Source of the DNA: a virus
Taxonomy: Duplodnaviria > Caudoviricetes
Direction: 5' to 3' (one strand)
Virus record (IMG/VR): IMGVR_UViG_3300016472_000190
Location: 1 to 29,063 of that record
Length of the DNA: 29,063 nt
Numbering within the stretch: position 1 is the first letter of the stretch; every line of letters begins with the position of its first letter. Shown piece by piece: positions 8,400-17,617 of this stretch. The translations under genes and the position numbers were made by a program. The notes beneath the pieces were generated by a model. That model made no database searches and had not been told where the DNA came from. It saw only the letters and a program-made list of their open reading frames with translations.

Positions 8400-8967
8400 G
8401 CATCAGAAGCCATTGCGCCCAATGGTTGAGCTATTCAAACAGGACGGCCACACATACTACCGATTTCCAAAAGAATTGAACCTACCGCTTGAAAGGTTCA
8501 GCATGAGCATGAGCCTGATGGAGCGCATCAGTTCGGGGCTATCGGGCAGTGAGATGGATAAGATATTAAGTGGCATGGAGAAGGCTTTGAGCGCAGGATT
8601 GAGCAACCCAAAGAACGCGGCCGTTGTGGCTGCTTACATCCACGTTATTCGTGAGCGGCAAGACACGGTCATCCATCGCGACCTATTGCTTAACCTTGCA
8701 GCGACATGGGTAGTGCGTGGGGATGAAGACCCCGGCATCATTGACCCAACTATCCATCAGCAGAAACTTGAGTTATTCGAAGCGATGTGCAAGGAGGCTT
8801 CGCATGATTTTTTTACTCGCTTGGATATAGAGCCGCTGATGCCATTGCTAACTATGTCTCCGCAAGACTTTCAGATATTGTGGGAGTACAACGTGGAGGC
8901 ACAGCGAAAGCTGACTCAAGCACTCCAGCACTTAACTACTCACCTCGACACCGGGCGAAAAAAGTAG
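8344..8967 (+). CDS. Tail assembly chaperone (gpG-like)
   Basis: Upstream of the tape measure gene and ends in slippery A AAA AAG TAG. Confidence 0.65.
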   Translation: MKLFKRLGDRLQSIFTRSKHQKPLRPMVELFKQDGHTYYRFPKELNLPLERFSMSMSLMERISSGLSGSEMDKILSGMEKALSAGLSNPKNAAVVAAYIHVIRERQDTVIHRDLLLNLAATWVVRGDEDPGIIDPTIHQQKLELFEAMCKEASHDFFTRLDIEPLMPLLTMSPQDFQILWEYNVEAQRKLTQALQHLTTHLDTGRKK

Positions 8968-9113
8968 CCGATGAATTAAGGTCGCAAGCGATGAACCTAT
9001 GCGGTGGTAACATTGTTGAGTTCAATGAACTGATGGCTTCCGATGTTTCAACTTATTTGCTTAAATTTGAACTGTTCATAAAGCAGCAAAAAGATGGCTC
9101 AAGCAGAAGTTGA
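8958..9113 (+). CDS. -1 frameshift extension of the tail chaperone (gpGT-like)
   Basis: Heptamer A AAA AAG at 8958-8964; -1 frame open as VADELRSQAMNLCGG...DGSSRS to 9113. Confidence 0.75.
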   Translation, partial: KKVADELRSQAMNLCGGNIVEFNELMASDVSTYLLKFELFIKQQKDGSSRS

Positions 9114-11829
9114 GATTATTTACAAAGCCAATGCGCAAGGGCTTGAAGCTGCGGTTGGTAAGATAACGCAGACCAACGATGAACTTGTCAAAGGTGCTAC
9201 CGATACATCGAAGAAGGTAGCCGATGAATTTAAGAAGATAGGCGGTGCTGCGGCTGCGGCATTTGGCAGCACACAAGTAAAGGCCGCACTCGATCAGCTC
9301 AACAAGGAATCGGATAAGCTAACGGCGAACCTCAAGGAATTGCAGAAGGAGCAGCTCCAGTTGGTTGCTTCCGGCAATCGCGTGAGTAAGTCATATCAGG
9401 ATAACGTAAAGGCACAGGCCGCGCTGAAGGCACAGATAAGCCAAGTCAATCAGGAGCAAGCAGAATTGAATCGGACATTCGGCCAAACCGAAGAGAAGCA
9501 GAAAAGCCTGACCGGACAGCTTCGCGCATTAAAGCAAGAGCTCGCACAGCTTGAGCAGCAAGGTAAAGAGAACACCGAGGAGTTTGATAAGTTACTATTC
9601 GCAGCATCGCGGCTTGAAGACCAAATCGGAGACACACGCGAGCGAGTGCGTGTGCTGGCATCTGATACGTTCAAGTTCGATGCAGCGGTAGGCGCAACGC
9701 AAGCACTGGCATCAGGCTTCGAGGTAGCGCAAGGCGCGGCTGCGTTGTTCGGTTCTGAGGGTAAGGAGCTTCAGGAAGTGATTGCGAAGACAACTGCGGT
9801 GACTGCCATCGCGAACGGCGTGAATGAGCTTGCGCAGCAAATTACAGGACAGGGCGCATTGAAGCTCGCATTGCTTGCAGCAGGGCAGAAGGCTGTCGCT
9901 GTTGCAACGGCAATCAGCACGGGAGCGATAAGCGCATTCAGAGTGGCATTGGCTGCGACTGGGATTGGATTGTTTGTGACTGGCGTTGCTTTGCTTATCG
10001 ATAGATTCAAAGATGTAGCAAAGCAAAATGCAGAATTTAATCGTGTGCTTGAGTTGTCCAAAACGGCAGCCGACAATACACGCAAAGCGATTACGGACTT
10101 AAAGAACTCTTCATTAGATACGGCAACTCAAATAAGGATTGCAAATGGGGACTTGAGCCAATCGGAGGCTGATAGGCAGAAGGCTGTTGCTGAAACACAA
10201 AAGACGGTTGATACATTGCTTAAAACCGAAACAACACTACAAGAAAAGGCAAAGAATCAACGCTTGCGAATATTGGGGGAAATCGCAAATGCCGAGGCAA
10301 GCAATGAAGCAGCTGTCCGAAGCACACGAGAAAGCGCAAGGATTATTGATACCAAAGGATTAGAAAAGCAATTAGCAACTCAAGAATCAATTATCAAAGC
10401 AAGTGAGTCGCGAGTTCAAACAATAAGAACAAGCGGCCAGATTCAAATCGCTGCAACCAATCAGCTATTCGCAGCCGAGGAGAATGCCAAGCGTAGAGAA
10501 GAAGCACAGAAAGCTGCTGAGGATGCAGCAAAGGCAGCGGAAGATGCAGCAAAGGCCGAGCTTGAAGCAAGGAATGCAGCGAGAGAAAAGTTAAGACAGC
10601 TCGAGCTTGAAGCACTTGCCAGCCAGCTCGATGAGCGTGAGAAGATATTGAATGATAGCAATACCAAGATTGCGGAACTTGAAGCGACATTTGCTGAAGC
10701 TAAATTTGCAAAAGGAAGCGAACAAGAAAAGCAATTGCAGGATTCAATCACAGTAATTAAAGAGCAAGCCGCGAAGGATATTGCAGCACTTGACCAAAAG
10801 GCACTGGATGAAAAGGCAGCAAAAGAAAAGGAGGCGGCTGAGAAATTAGCCAAAGAAACAACCGACATTCGAATCGCTGGAATCGATGCCGAGATTAACG
10901 CTGTTAAAACGCTTGAGATAACCGAAGGCAGTATTCTTGACAGAAGGATTCAACTGATTGAATTGGATGCGAAAAAACGCATTGAATTGGCAAAAGACAA
11001 CGCAAGCGAAATCGAGCTCATCAATGCGCAAACAGAAGAAGCCATCCGAGCCGAGCGCAAGAAGTCAGCCGATGAAGCAATCGACCAAGCGTTTGAGCTT
11101 GCTAATGCAACCGTTGGCGCATTGGAAAGCATATTAAATTTGCAAAAGCAATTAACCGAGAACAGGATTGCAGATATACAGGCAACGAGCGAAAAGGAAC
11201 TCGAGGCTATTAATAACTCAACAATAAACGAAGCTGATAAACAGCGACAACGTGAGGCTTTAGAATTACGAACAAGTCGGAAGTTAGCAGCTGAAAAACT
11301 AAAGCAGGCGAAGCAAGAGAAGGCATTGAATATCTTTAAGGCTACAATCGACACCGCTGCATCAATTGTTAAGACAGGGGCGCAGCTCGGCTATCCAGCT
11401 GCGATTCCATTCCAAGTCCTTGCGGGTATCGTTGGGGCTGCTAACATTGCAGCAATTGCATCACAGCCACTGCCTAAATTCAAGAAGGGTGGTATGGTAG
11501 GCGGTCGAAGCCATGAAGCTGGCGGTACATTGATTGAAGCCGAGCGTGGCGAGTACGTGGTGAATAAGGCATCGGTCGCCCAGCATCGCAAGGCGTTGGA
11601 TGCGATGAACACATCGAGCGCAGCGTTCCGCAAGTTCATCGATGACAAGTATGTTCGCCCAGCCATCGCTGGCTATGCGCTGAATGCCAAGGATAGAAAG
11701 ATTGAAGTGAATGCGCAGCTGAACTCAAAAGCGATGGAGCGCAAGCTCGATAGGCTGAACAAGACAATGGCAGGGAAGCAAATGATTGTAAACATTAACG
11801 GCAGCGACTCGCGGTATTCATGGCAGTAG
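9094..11829 (+). CDS. Tape measure protein
   Basis: 911 aa, Ala/Glu/Lys-rich coiled coil with hydrophobic segments; C-terminal FKKGGMVGGRSHEAGG...GEYVVN motif. Confidence 0.85.
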   Translation: MAQAEVEIIYKANAQGLEAAVGKITQTNDELVKGATDTSKKVADEFKKIGGAAAAAFGSTQVKAALDQLNKESDKLTANLKELQKEQLQLVASGNRVSKSYQDNVKAQAALKAQISQVNQEQAELNRTFGQTEEKQKSLTGQLRALKQELAQLEQQGKENTEEFDKLLFAASRLEDQIGDTRERVRVLASDTFKFDAAVGATQALASGFEVAQGAAALFGSEGKELQEVIAKTTAVTAIANGVNELAQQITGQGALKLALLAAGQKAVAVATAISTGAISAFRVALAATGIGLFVTGVALLIDRFKDVAKQNAEFNRVLELSKTAADNTRKAITDLKNSSLDTATQIRIANGDLSQSEADRQKAVAETQKTVDTLLKTETTLQEKAKNQRLRILGEIANAEASNEAAVRSTRESARIIDTKGLEKQLATQESIIKASESRVQTIRTSGQIQIAATNQLFAAEENAKRREEAQKAAEDAAKAAEDAAKAELEARNAAREKLRQLELEALASQLDEREKILNDSNTKIAELEATFAEAKFAKGSEQEKQLQDSITVIKEQAAKDIAALDQKALDEKAAKEKEAAEKLAKETTDIRIAGIDAEINAVKTLEITEGSILDRRIQLIELDAKKRIELAKDNASEIELINAQTEEAIRAERKKSADEAIDQAFELANATVGALESILNLQKQLTENRIADIQATSEKELEAINNSTINEADKQRQREALELRTSRKLAAEKLKQAKQEKALNIFKATIDTAASIVKTGAQLGYPAAIPFQVLAGIVGAANIAAIASQPLPKFKKGGMVGGRSHEAGGTLIEAERGEYVVNKASVAQHRKALDAMNTSSAAFRKFIDDKYVRPAIAGYALNAKDRKIEVNAQLNSKAMERKLDRLNKTMAGKQMIVNINGSDSRYSWQ

Positions 11830-13781
11830 AAATTAAATTCTTAATCGATAACATCGACCGAGGGCAGCCGCTCAATCCTGAAGACTTCGGCATAAACATA
11901 ACCGAGGATGATTCAATCGGGGCGCGTATCGTATCATTCGACAGCGAGCTTATCTTTGGCGGCGATGTTTACACTTACCTATACACCAAGCTCGCCACAT
12001 CAGGCTACTGCGAGCTGGTGCGCGTAACGGTTCAATACCTTTGCAGCTTGGGAACCTGGGAGAAGTTGGTCGATGGGTATATCATTGTTACCGAGTCAGT
12101 CTTTTTGCTTGAGAAGTGCCAAGTGAAGACAAAGCTCTACGATGAAACATTCAGCACGAAGATTAATAACAACAAGAGCATACCATTCTCGCTGCGGTTA
12201 ACCACATCAAAGAACGGCACAACGATAGTGCCGCCAACAATTCGCAGGCTTGACATCTTTAACATCGCGCAAGGCACTTGGTATGCTAACTTCACTTACG
12301 GCTATGGTGTTTATGATGTGTTCGCCCATTTAGTTACGTGCATGAGCGATGGGCTAATAGACTTTGATTCAAACCTTTTTGCCTATTCAGACCCGACATA
12401 CGATATACCAGTTTACACGCAGGGCAATGTATTAAGGACTCGAGCCGATATTGAAATGTTCGTAACCTTTGAGCAGCTCTATCTTGCACTGCGATTAAAG
12501 CTCAACCTCGGTATGGGCTTCGAGAAGCAAGCGAATGGCAGGCCGTTATTACGCATCGAGCCGATTGCATACTTTCAGCAATCGGTCGCGTCGGCTAACC
12601 TATACGATCAGCCTGAGATTGAGATGAAGTTTGACACCTCGCGGCTGTATGCTTCGGTTAACTTTGGCGCAGAGCCATACCTATTCCCTAACGAGTGCAA
12701 CGGCGGGGATGGGTTCTGCTTATTCCCGCAGCCAGTATTCAGAGGTTTCAGAGATGAAACATTCGGATTTGTTGGTCAGTGCAATACCTCAAATGTGTTA
12801 CGGCTCAAGACATCCGATGTAGTATTTGACACGAATGTCATCGAGGACATCTTGCAATATAACAGCGAAGAGTATGAGTTAAGTCCGATAATTATTCAGT
12901 CGGATTATTATAGCCGATTTGCTGCCAATTCATTCAGCGCAAGGGTTTATAATTTGCCGGGGCTCACGATACCATTCTACAATCTAAACTTTAACAATGA
13001 AGGCGTATCAGGCAACTGGATAAGCGGATATCCTAATTCATTGCAGGCTTTCTTTAATGCCTTTGACCCAACTCAAACGCCATTCAGCGCACAGGTAATA
13101 AATGCGCCAACCTTACCATCGTGGAATATTATAAATACAACGTCAACAGCATACAGCGAGGACATTGGAGATTTTGTTCCATTCAATAATGAGATAACAG
13201 ACCCCGGCAATAATTTCAACATCAGAAGATATACCGTGCCGTTCAGCGGTGTTTATACTTTCAATGTTCAATTCGTTTCTTTATCGGATGTTGGTAATAG
13301 AACATTGATAGCAATTATTCGCAGATTGGATGGAGCTGGTAATGAGGAACAAGTTTTTTTAGGCACACCAGTGAGCGGAAGCGTTGCGCTTACAACGAGC
13401 GTATCAGCGACAATATATTGCAACCAAGGCGATCAGGTTGTGGCCGATATAACAGGCGCATCTACTGTAGGCAATCAAATTGAAACAATACAGATTGCAG
13501 CAGGCAATTCATACTTCAATGGCAATGGAACAAACTTCCAAGAGCCCGAATTACAGCCAGTCGACATTAACGATGTTCAAGCCTACCTCTACAAGTTCAA
13601 GCGACCGCTATCGATGGCAGAGATTAACGCCATTACATCCGAGACATCGAAGCCGATACAGCTCGGGCGCAGGGATGACAGCCTTGCCGTGATTGACACC
13701 TACATTAAGAATATTCAGATTGAATCAGTGATGCGCAAGACAGCGCAATTCGAGCTTCGTTCAAATAAACTATTGCCATGA
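11820..13781 (+). CDS. Tail tip / baseplate hub-type structural protein
   Basis: 653 aa after the tape measure gene; beta-rich; YTVPFSGVYTF C1q/TNF-like strand. Confidence 0.6.
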   Translation: MAVEIKFLIDNIDRGQPLNPEDFGINITEDDSIGARIVSFDSELIFGGDVYTYLYTKLATSGYCELVRVTVQYLCSLGTWEKLVDGYIIVTESVFLLEKCQVKTKLYDETFSTKINNNKSIPFSLRLTTSKNGTTIVPPTIRRLDIFNIAQGTWYANFTYGYGVYDVFAHLVTCMSDGLIDFDSNLFAYSDPTYDIPVYTQGNVLRTRADIEMFVTFEQLYLALRLKLNLGMGFEKQANGRPLLRIEPIAYFQQSVASANLYDQPEIEMKFDTSRLYASVNFGAEPYLFPNECNGGDGFCLFPQPVFRGFRDETFGFVGQCNTSNVLRLKTSDVVFDTNVIEDILQYNSEEYELSPIIIQSDYYSRFAANSFSARVYNLPGLTIPFYNLNFNNEGVSGNWISGYPNSLQAFFNAFDPTQTPFSAQVINAPTLPSWNIINTTSTAYSEDIGDFVPFNNEITDPGNNFNIRRYTVPFSGVYTFNVQFVSLSDVGNRTLIAIIRRLDGAGNEEQVFLGTPVSGSVALTTSVSATIYCNQGDQVVADITGASTVGNQIETIQIAAGNSYFNGNGTNFQEPELQPVDINDVQAYLYKFKRPLSMAEINAITSETSKPIQLGRRDDSLAVIDTYIKNIQIESVMRKTAQFELRSNKLLP

Positions 13782-15451
13782 GCTATACATCGATACCAAA
13801 CCAACCGATAATATTTAGCAGCACATTGCCCGAGGTATGCGAGGGATGCGGCTCGGAGTTCGCGCAGCTTGCTGACTTAAACGATCAGCTCTTCTGGCAG
13901 CTCGAGGCGGGTGAGTGCGGATACTTGCGATTCAATGAGGTTGTATTTGTCAATGATGCAACGGTGGATGGCTTCAACATTACCTTTCCCGGCAGCAATG
14001 ACGATACCGCTGGCGTCGGATATACTTTCTTTAAGTTCATAAATTGCCTCGAGTATAAGCTAACCATCACAATCAATCCCGGCGCGGTGGGTACGCTTAT
14101 CGTTGGCTTCACTAATGGTGACCAAATAGAGGTTAGCGCGGTTGGTACGCATACGATTTATCTTAAGGCTCTCGACATTCCGGCCAACACGAACAGCAAC
14201 ATTCAGGACTTAATCATTGCAACCAACCCAACCGTGCAAGAGTTCATCGGTGAGGTTGTGGTGGTGGAGTTCGTCCCCAACTGCAACGGCGCATTATTCG
14301 CTGGCTTGGTGGATGCTACCACCTTGGCAGTGGTTGAGCGGTTCGACCCGGTGCTTACAACCAAAGACCAATACCTCACCGCTGGCATTGCGTTGGCTGA
14401 TTACGATATTGAGCCGGGCTGCTATCGGTTAGCGATTGCCGACTTCTGCACCAACACATGCGGGCAGTATTACATTTACAATCCGTACTTTAACGATTGG
14501 GGTGGGTGTATCGATTGCCCACCGCTTGGATGGGATAACGTGCCTGTAACTGGTGGAGATACGTGGAACATCGGCGGCGGCGAGGCACAGATTGACCTAA
14601 CAGCAATCGGCAATGCTACAAGCCTTGAGTCGATTACCGAGCTATGCGAAGACACGGATTACTATGTTACCATCGAGGTTGAGTCAATTGTCAATGCTCG
14701 ACTGCGGCTTCAGGTGGATGGGATAAACTACGCCACAGCTATAAGCACAGCGGGCACGTATAACTTCACGATAACCGTAACGCAGAGCGGAGCATTGAGC
14801 TTGCTCGGTTCGCAGTTTGGGGCTTCACTCGATGGGGAGATAACGGTTAAGCGCATCACGGTTCGAGCTGATAAGAACTGGGCGAAGTATGATAAGTACA
14901 GCGACCTCATTCAGATTGGTGACTTCAGCGATGACTGCCGTTTCTTTAAGATTGAAGGCTGCAATGGCGAGAACCAATTCGGGCTCGGCTTCAGCGGCAC
15001 ATCGTTTCTGCCCGGCATCCGATTGGAGGGGCGCAGATTCCAACCGCAGTACGATACCGACACCGACCTCTTCAGATACGCATCGGGAAGGTGGCAGGCG
15101 AGCTTTGTAGACCGCAAAAAGAAATTGAGCTATCACTTCGGGCGGTTGCCTGAGTACGTGCTCGACTTCCTTTCGATTGTCTTCTACTTTGATAACTGCT
15201 ACGTGAATGGCAGCTTAGTATTCCCATCCGATAACGAGTTCCCGACCATCGAATATGACAATGCCGATGACCTTGGCAGCTTGACGATAGACTTATACAG
15301 CAAGCGCGAGAAGGTGCGTAAGACGGTGTGTATTGGCGTGGATGCTGATTGCCTACCTTCGATATTGGATAACGCTTCTGAGCCGTTTATATTAACGCAG
15401 GACAACGAGCGCATCACAACGGAAAACTTCATCAACTTGTATCAGCAATAA
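13778..15451 (+). CDS. Tail structural protein with carbohydrate-binding-like beta domains
   Basis: 557 aa, acidic, beta- and Cys-rich; C-terminal ILTQDNERITTE motif. Confidence 0.6.
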   Translation: MSYTSIPNQPIIFSSTLPEVCEGCGSEFAQLADLNDQLFWQLEAGECGYLRFNEVVFVNDATVDGFNITFPGSNDDTAGVGYTFFKFINCLEYKLTITINPGAVGTLIVGFTNGDQIEVSAVGTHTIYLKALDIPANTNSNIQDLIIATNPTVQEFIGEVVVVEFVPNCNGALFAGLVDATTLAVVERFDPVLTTKDQYLTAGIALADYDIEPGCYRLAIADFCTNTCGQYYIYNPYFNDWGGCIDCPPLGWDNVPVTGGDTWNIGGGEAQIDLTAIGNATSLESITELCEDTDYYVTIEVESIVNARLRLQVDGINYATAISTAGTYNFTITVTQSGALSLLGSQFGASLDGEITVKRITVRADKNWAKYDKYSDLIQIGDFSDDCRFFKIEGCNGENQFGLGFSGTSFLPGIRLEGRRFQPQYDTDTDLFRYASGRWQASFVDRKKKLSYHFGRLPEYVLDFLSIVFYFDNCYVNGSLVFPSDNEFPTIEYDNADDLGSLTIDLYSKREKVRKTVCIGVDADCLPSILDNASEPFILTQDNERITTENFINLYQQ

Positions 15452-15456
15452 ATTCG

Positions 15457-15464
15457 TATATTTG
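15457..15464 (+). promoter_or_regulatory. -7 promoter element
   Basis: TATATTTG in the intergenic gap; TTG at 15437-15439. Confidence 0.65.
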
Positions 15465-15536
15465 CAGTACATCATAGGAACGTAGGGGTTATGCCGTCCT
15501 ATTCAACAGGCTGACAATAATTAAAACTCTACTACT

Positions 15537-16076
15537 ATGGCTTGTGTAAGCTACTGCGATTCCTCGCTACTCGATCACAACTTAGTAAACTGCAACGAAT
15601 ACAAGCTCGGCGGCGTTTCTGCTATCCTTGTGGGCGCATGCGGTACTGAATTGGTAAACCCTTCAGATGAGACAGAAGTTCAGGCATTGATTAGTGCCGG
15701 AACTGCGAAGCTCATTGAGGACATCCGATTCGCGTTACCTGCTGGCTCACCTGTGACGGTTGACAGCCCGATAGGCTGCGGTACTCCAATTCGTATTAAC
15801 GAAGACCGTACTGCTACCCTTTACGATGCAAATGTTACCGATGAAAATAACACCTTTTGGAATGATGTAAACAACCGCCGCATTGCGTGGGTACTTGCGT
15901 ACCTATGCGACAGCGGTAAGGTGGTTTACATCGACCCACCAGTTGGTATTACTACATCGGCGAACTTCATCATTCCCGAGCAGAATAACGAATTGCAGCG
16001 TTACGAAGTAACATTTAGCTGGCGTGATAAAAATATCCCGGCACAATACGATGCGCCTCCGGGCATCTTTGGATAA
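15537..16076 (+). CDS. Major tail tube protein (probable)
   Basis: 179 aa, acidic, beta-rich, own promoter, terminal strand RYEVTFSW. Confidence 0.55.
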   Translation: MACVSYCDSSLLDHNLVNCNEYKLGGVSAILVGACGTELVNPSDETEVQALISAGTAKLIEDIRFALPAGSPVTVDSPIGCGTPIRINEDRTATLYDANVTDENNTFWNDVNNRRIAWVLAYLCDSGKVVYIDPPVGITTSANFIIPEQNNELQRYEVTFSWRDKNIPAQYDAPPGIFG

Positions 16077-16996
16077 TGGATATTCAACCAACAAATCAAA
16101 GCGGCAAGCCTACCTCAGCAGGGGTGGTGCTTGTTGCTTTTGGTAAGCCGCAATACTATTGGGCTGCTTACAACCTTGCCTATTCAATTAAGCGATTCAA
16201 TAAGGATTTGCAGATTGCGCTAATCAGCGACAGCAAGGATAGGGCATTGTACTATTGCCATGATCTGACAAACCAAATCGATGTATATGTCGAACTGCCC
16301 GAGCAGCACATCTACACGAATAAGAAATTAGACCCGGCCAAGGCGAAGGTCTTGCTCTACGATTACTTGCCGTTCCATTACAACCTGTACCTCGATGTCG
16401 ATGCTGTATGCCTCAAGGACTTGCAGCCGCTAATCGACCAGCTAATCGAGAACGATGCTCAATACGCAACCCGCGTAGTTGGTGAGCACACCATCGACAA
16501 AGGCCGCGACTTCAGGCAGATGCAATGGGCTTGGGCTGACCAGCTATGGCAGCATTTCGGATTGAGCAAAGCCGATAAGATTTACGCTATCAATAGCAGC
16601 ATTCAGTTCATTCAGAAGTGCGCAAATGCTGAAGCGATTTACCGCACAGCTGCTGACCTATACCTCAACAATCCGATGCCCATAAGTAAGTTACGCATGA
16701 AGTGGGGAGGCGGGCAACCCGATGAGCTTTACTTCAATGTTTCGTTTGGTAAGAATAAATTCAAGCCCTACGAGATTGATGCAGTTTGTTTTCAGATGAG
16801 CCGCGAGTTCAGCTATGCGCAAATTGAAGAACGCTTCTACCTGATGAGCTACTATGGTGGCAAAGGATTCACACCGAGCTTTTACATCGAATGGCTCGAC
16901 CGAAAACTGAAAGCATGGATGCAACAGGACGGCATCCAGCACAAATACTTCATTCACAGAATAACAGACCACAAGCATGCAGACCCAAAGCGATAA
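16076..16996 (+). CDS. GT-A fold glycosyltransferase (GT8-like)
   Basis: AYSIKRFN...AKAKVLLYDYLPF...LYLDVDAV DxD motif, NSS and GQPDE segments. Confidence 0.75.
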   Translation: MDIQPTNQSGKPTSAGVVLVAFGKPQYYWAAYNLAYSIKRFNKDLQIALISDSKDRALYYCHDLTNQIDVYVELPEQHIYTNKKLDPAKAKVLLYDYLPFHYNLYLDVDAVCLKDLQPLIDQLIENDAQYATRVVGEHTIDKGRDFRQMQWAWADQLWQHFGLSKADKIYAINSSIQFIQKCANAEAIYRTAADLYLNNPMPISKLRMKWGGGQPDELYFNVSFGKNKFKPYEIDAVCFQMSREFSYAQIEERFYLMSYYGGKGFTPSFYIEWLDRKLKAWMQQDGIQHKYFIHRITDHKHADPKR

Positions 16997-17540
16997 GCCA
17001 AAGAAAGGCAGACCTAAAAAGATTGTAACTACCGAAACATTCAAAGAGGTAGCACGCCATGAGTGGAACAGCGAGCCCGATGTGTGCGAGTTTATTGGAG
17101 CGTTAATTAAAATGCACCAAGTAAAGACAGCACTTGAGATTGGAGTATTCGAGGGTGAGACATCGATTAAAATGGTTGAAGCATTACCAGTTGGCGGTTA
17201 TTTTGCTGGTATTGATATTAAGGATTATCGCAAGCATAAGCTTGAGGGCAATGGCGTTGCTGTTGACTTCAAGCTCGGCGAATCGATAGCATTGCTCAAA
17301 GGCTTTCCGGCAAATCACTTTGACTTTATCTTTGTGGATGGAGACCATAGCTGGGATAATATATTGCCCGAATTCAAAGAGGTTGAGCGGGTGCTGGCCG
17401 ATGATGGCATACTTGCATACCATGACACCATACACATTGCTGATATAGCAAGGCTGATGGAATACGCAGCGCATTATAAGTATAACGTAGTTACGCTCAA
17501 CACTTCTGAGGGGCGTGGCTTATCAATTCTGAAACGATGA
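16977..17540 (+). CDS. Class I SAM-dependent methyltransferase (Methyltransf_24-like)
   Basis: LEIGVFEGETS, FDFIFVDGDHS, GILAYHD motifs. Confidence 0.85.
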   Translation: MQTQSDKPKKGRPKKIVTTETFKEVARHEWNSEPDVCEFIGALIKMHQVKTALEIGVFEGETSIKMVEALPVGGYFAGIDIKDYRKHKLEGNGVAVDFKLGESIALLKGFPANHFDFIFVDGDHSWDNILPEFKEVERVLADDGILAYHDTIHIADIARLMEYAAHYKYNVVTLNTSEGRGLSILKR

Positions 17541-17617
17541 AAGCACTAACCTTTTGCCGCAGTAAGAACTGCGGCTCGCACATCATTAACCAACCAACGA
17601 CAAAAGCAACTGCGTAA
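17537..17617 (+). CDS. 26-aa peptide upstream of portal (absent from ORF track)
   Basis: MKALTFCRSKNCGSHIINQPTTKATA; ATGA overlap upstream and TAATG overlap downstream. Confidence 0.55.
   Translation: MKALTFCRSKNCGSHIINQPTTKATA

Noticed and set aside
10513-10557. AAEDAAK tandem repeat in the tape measure gene
   Set aside because: Ordinary coiled-coil low-complexity duplication
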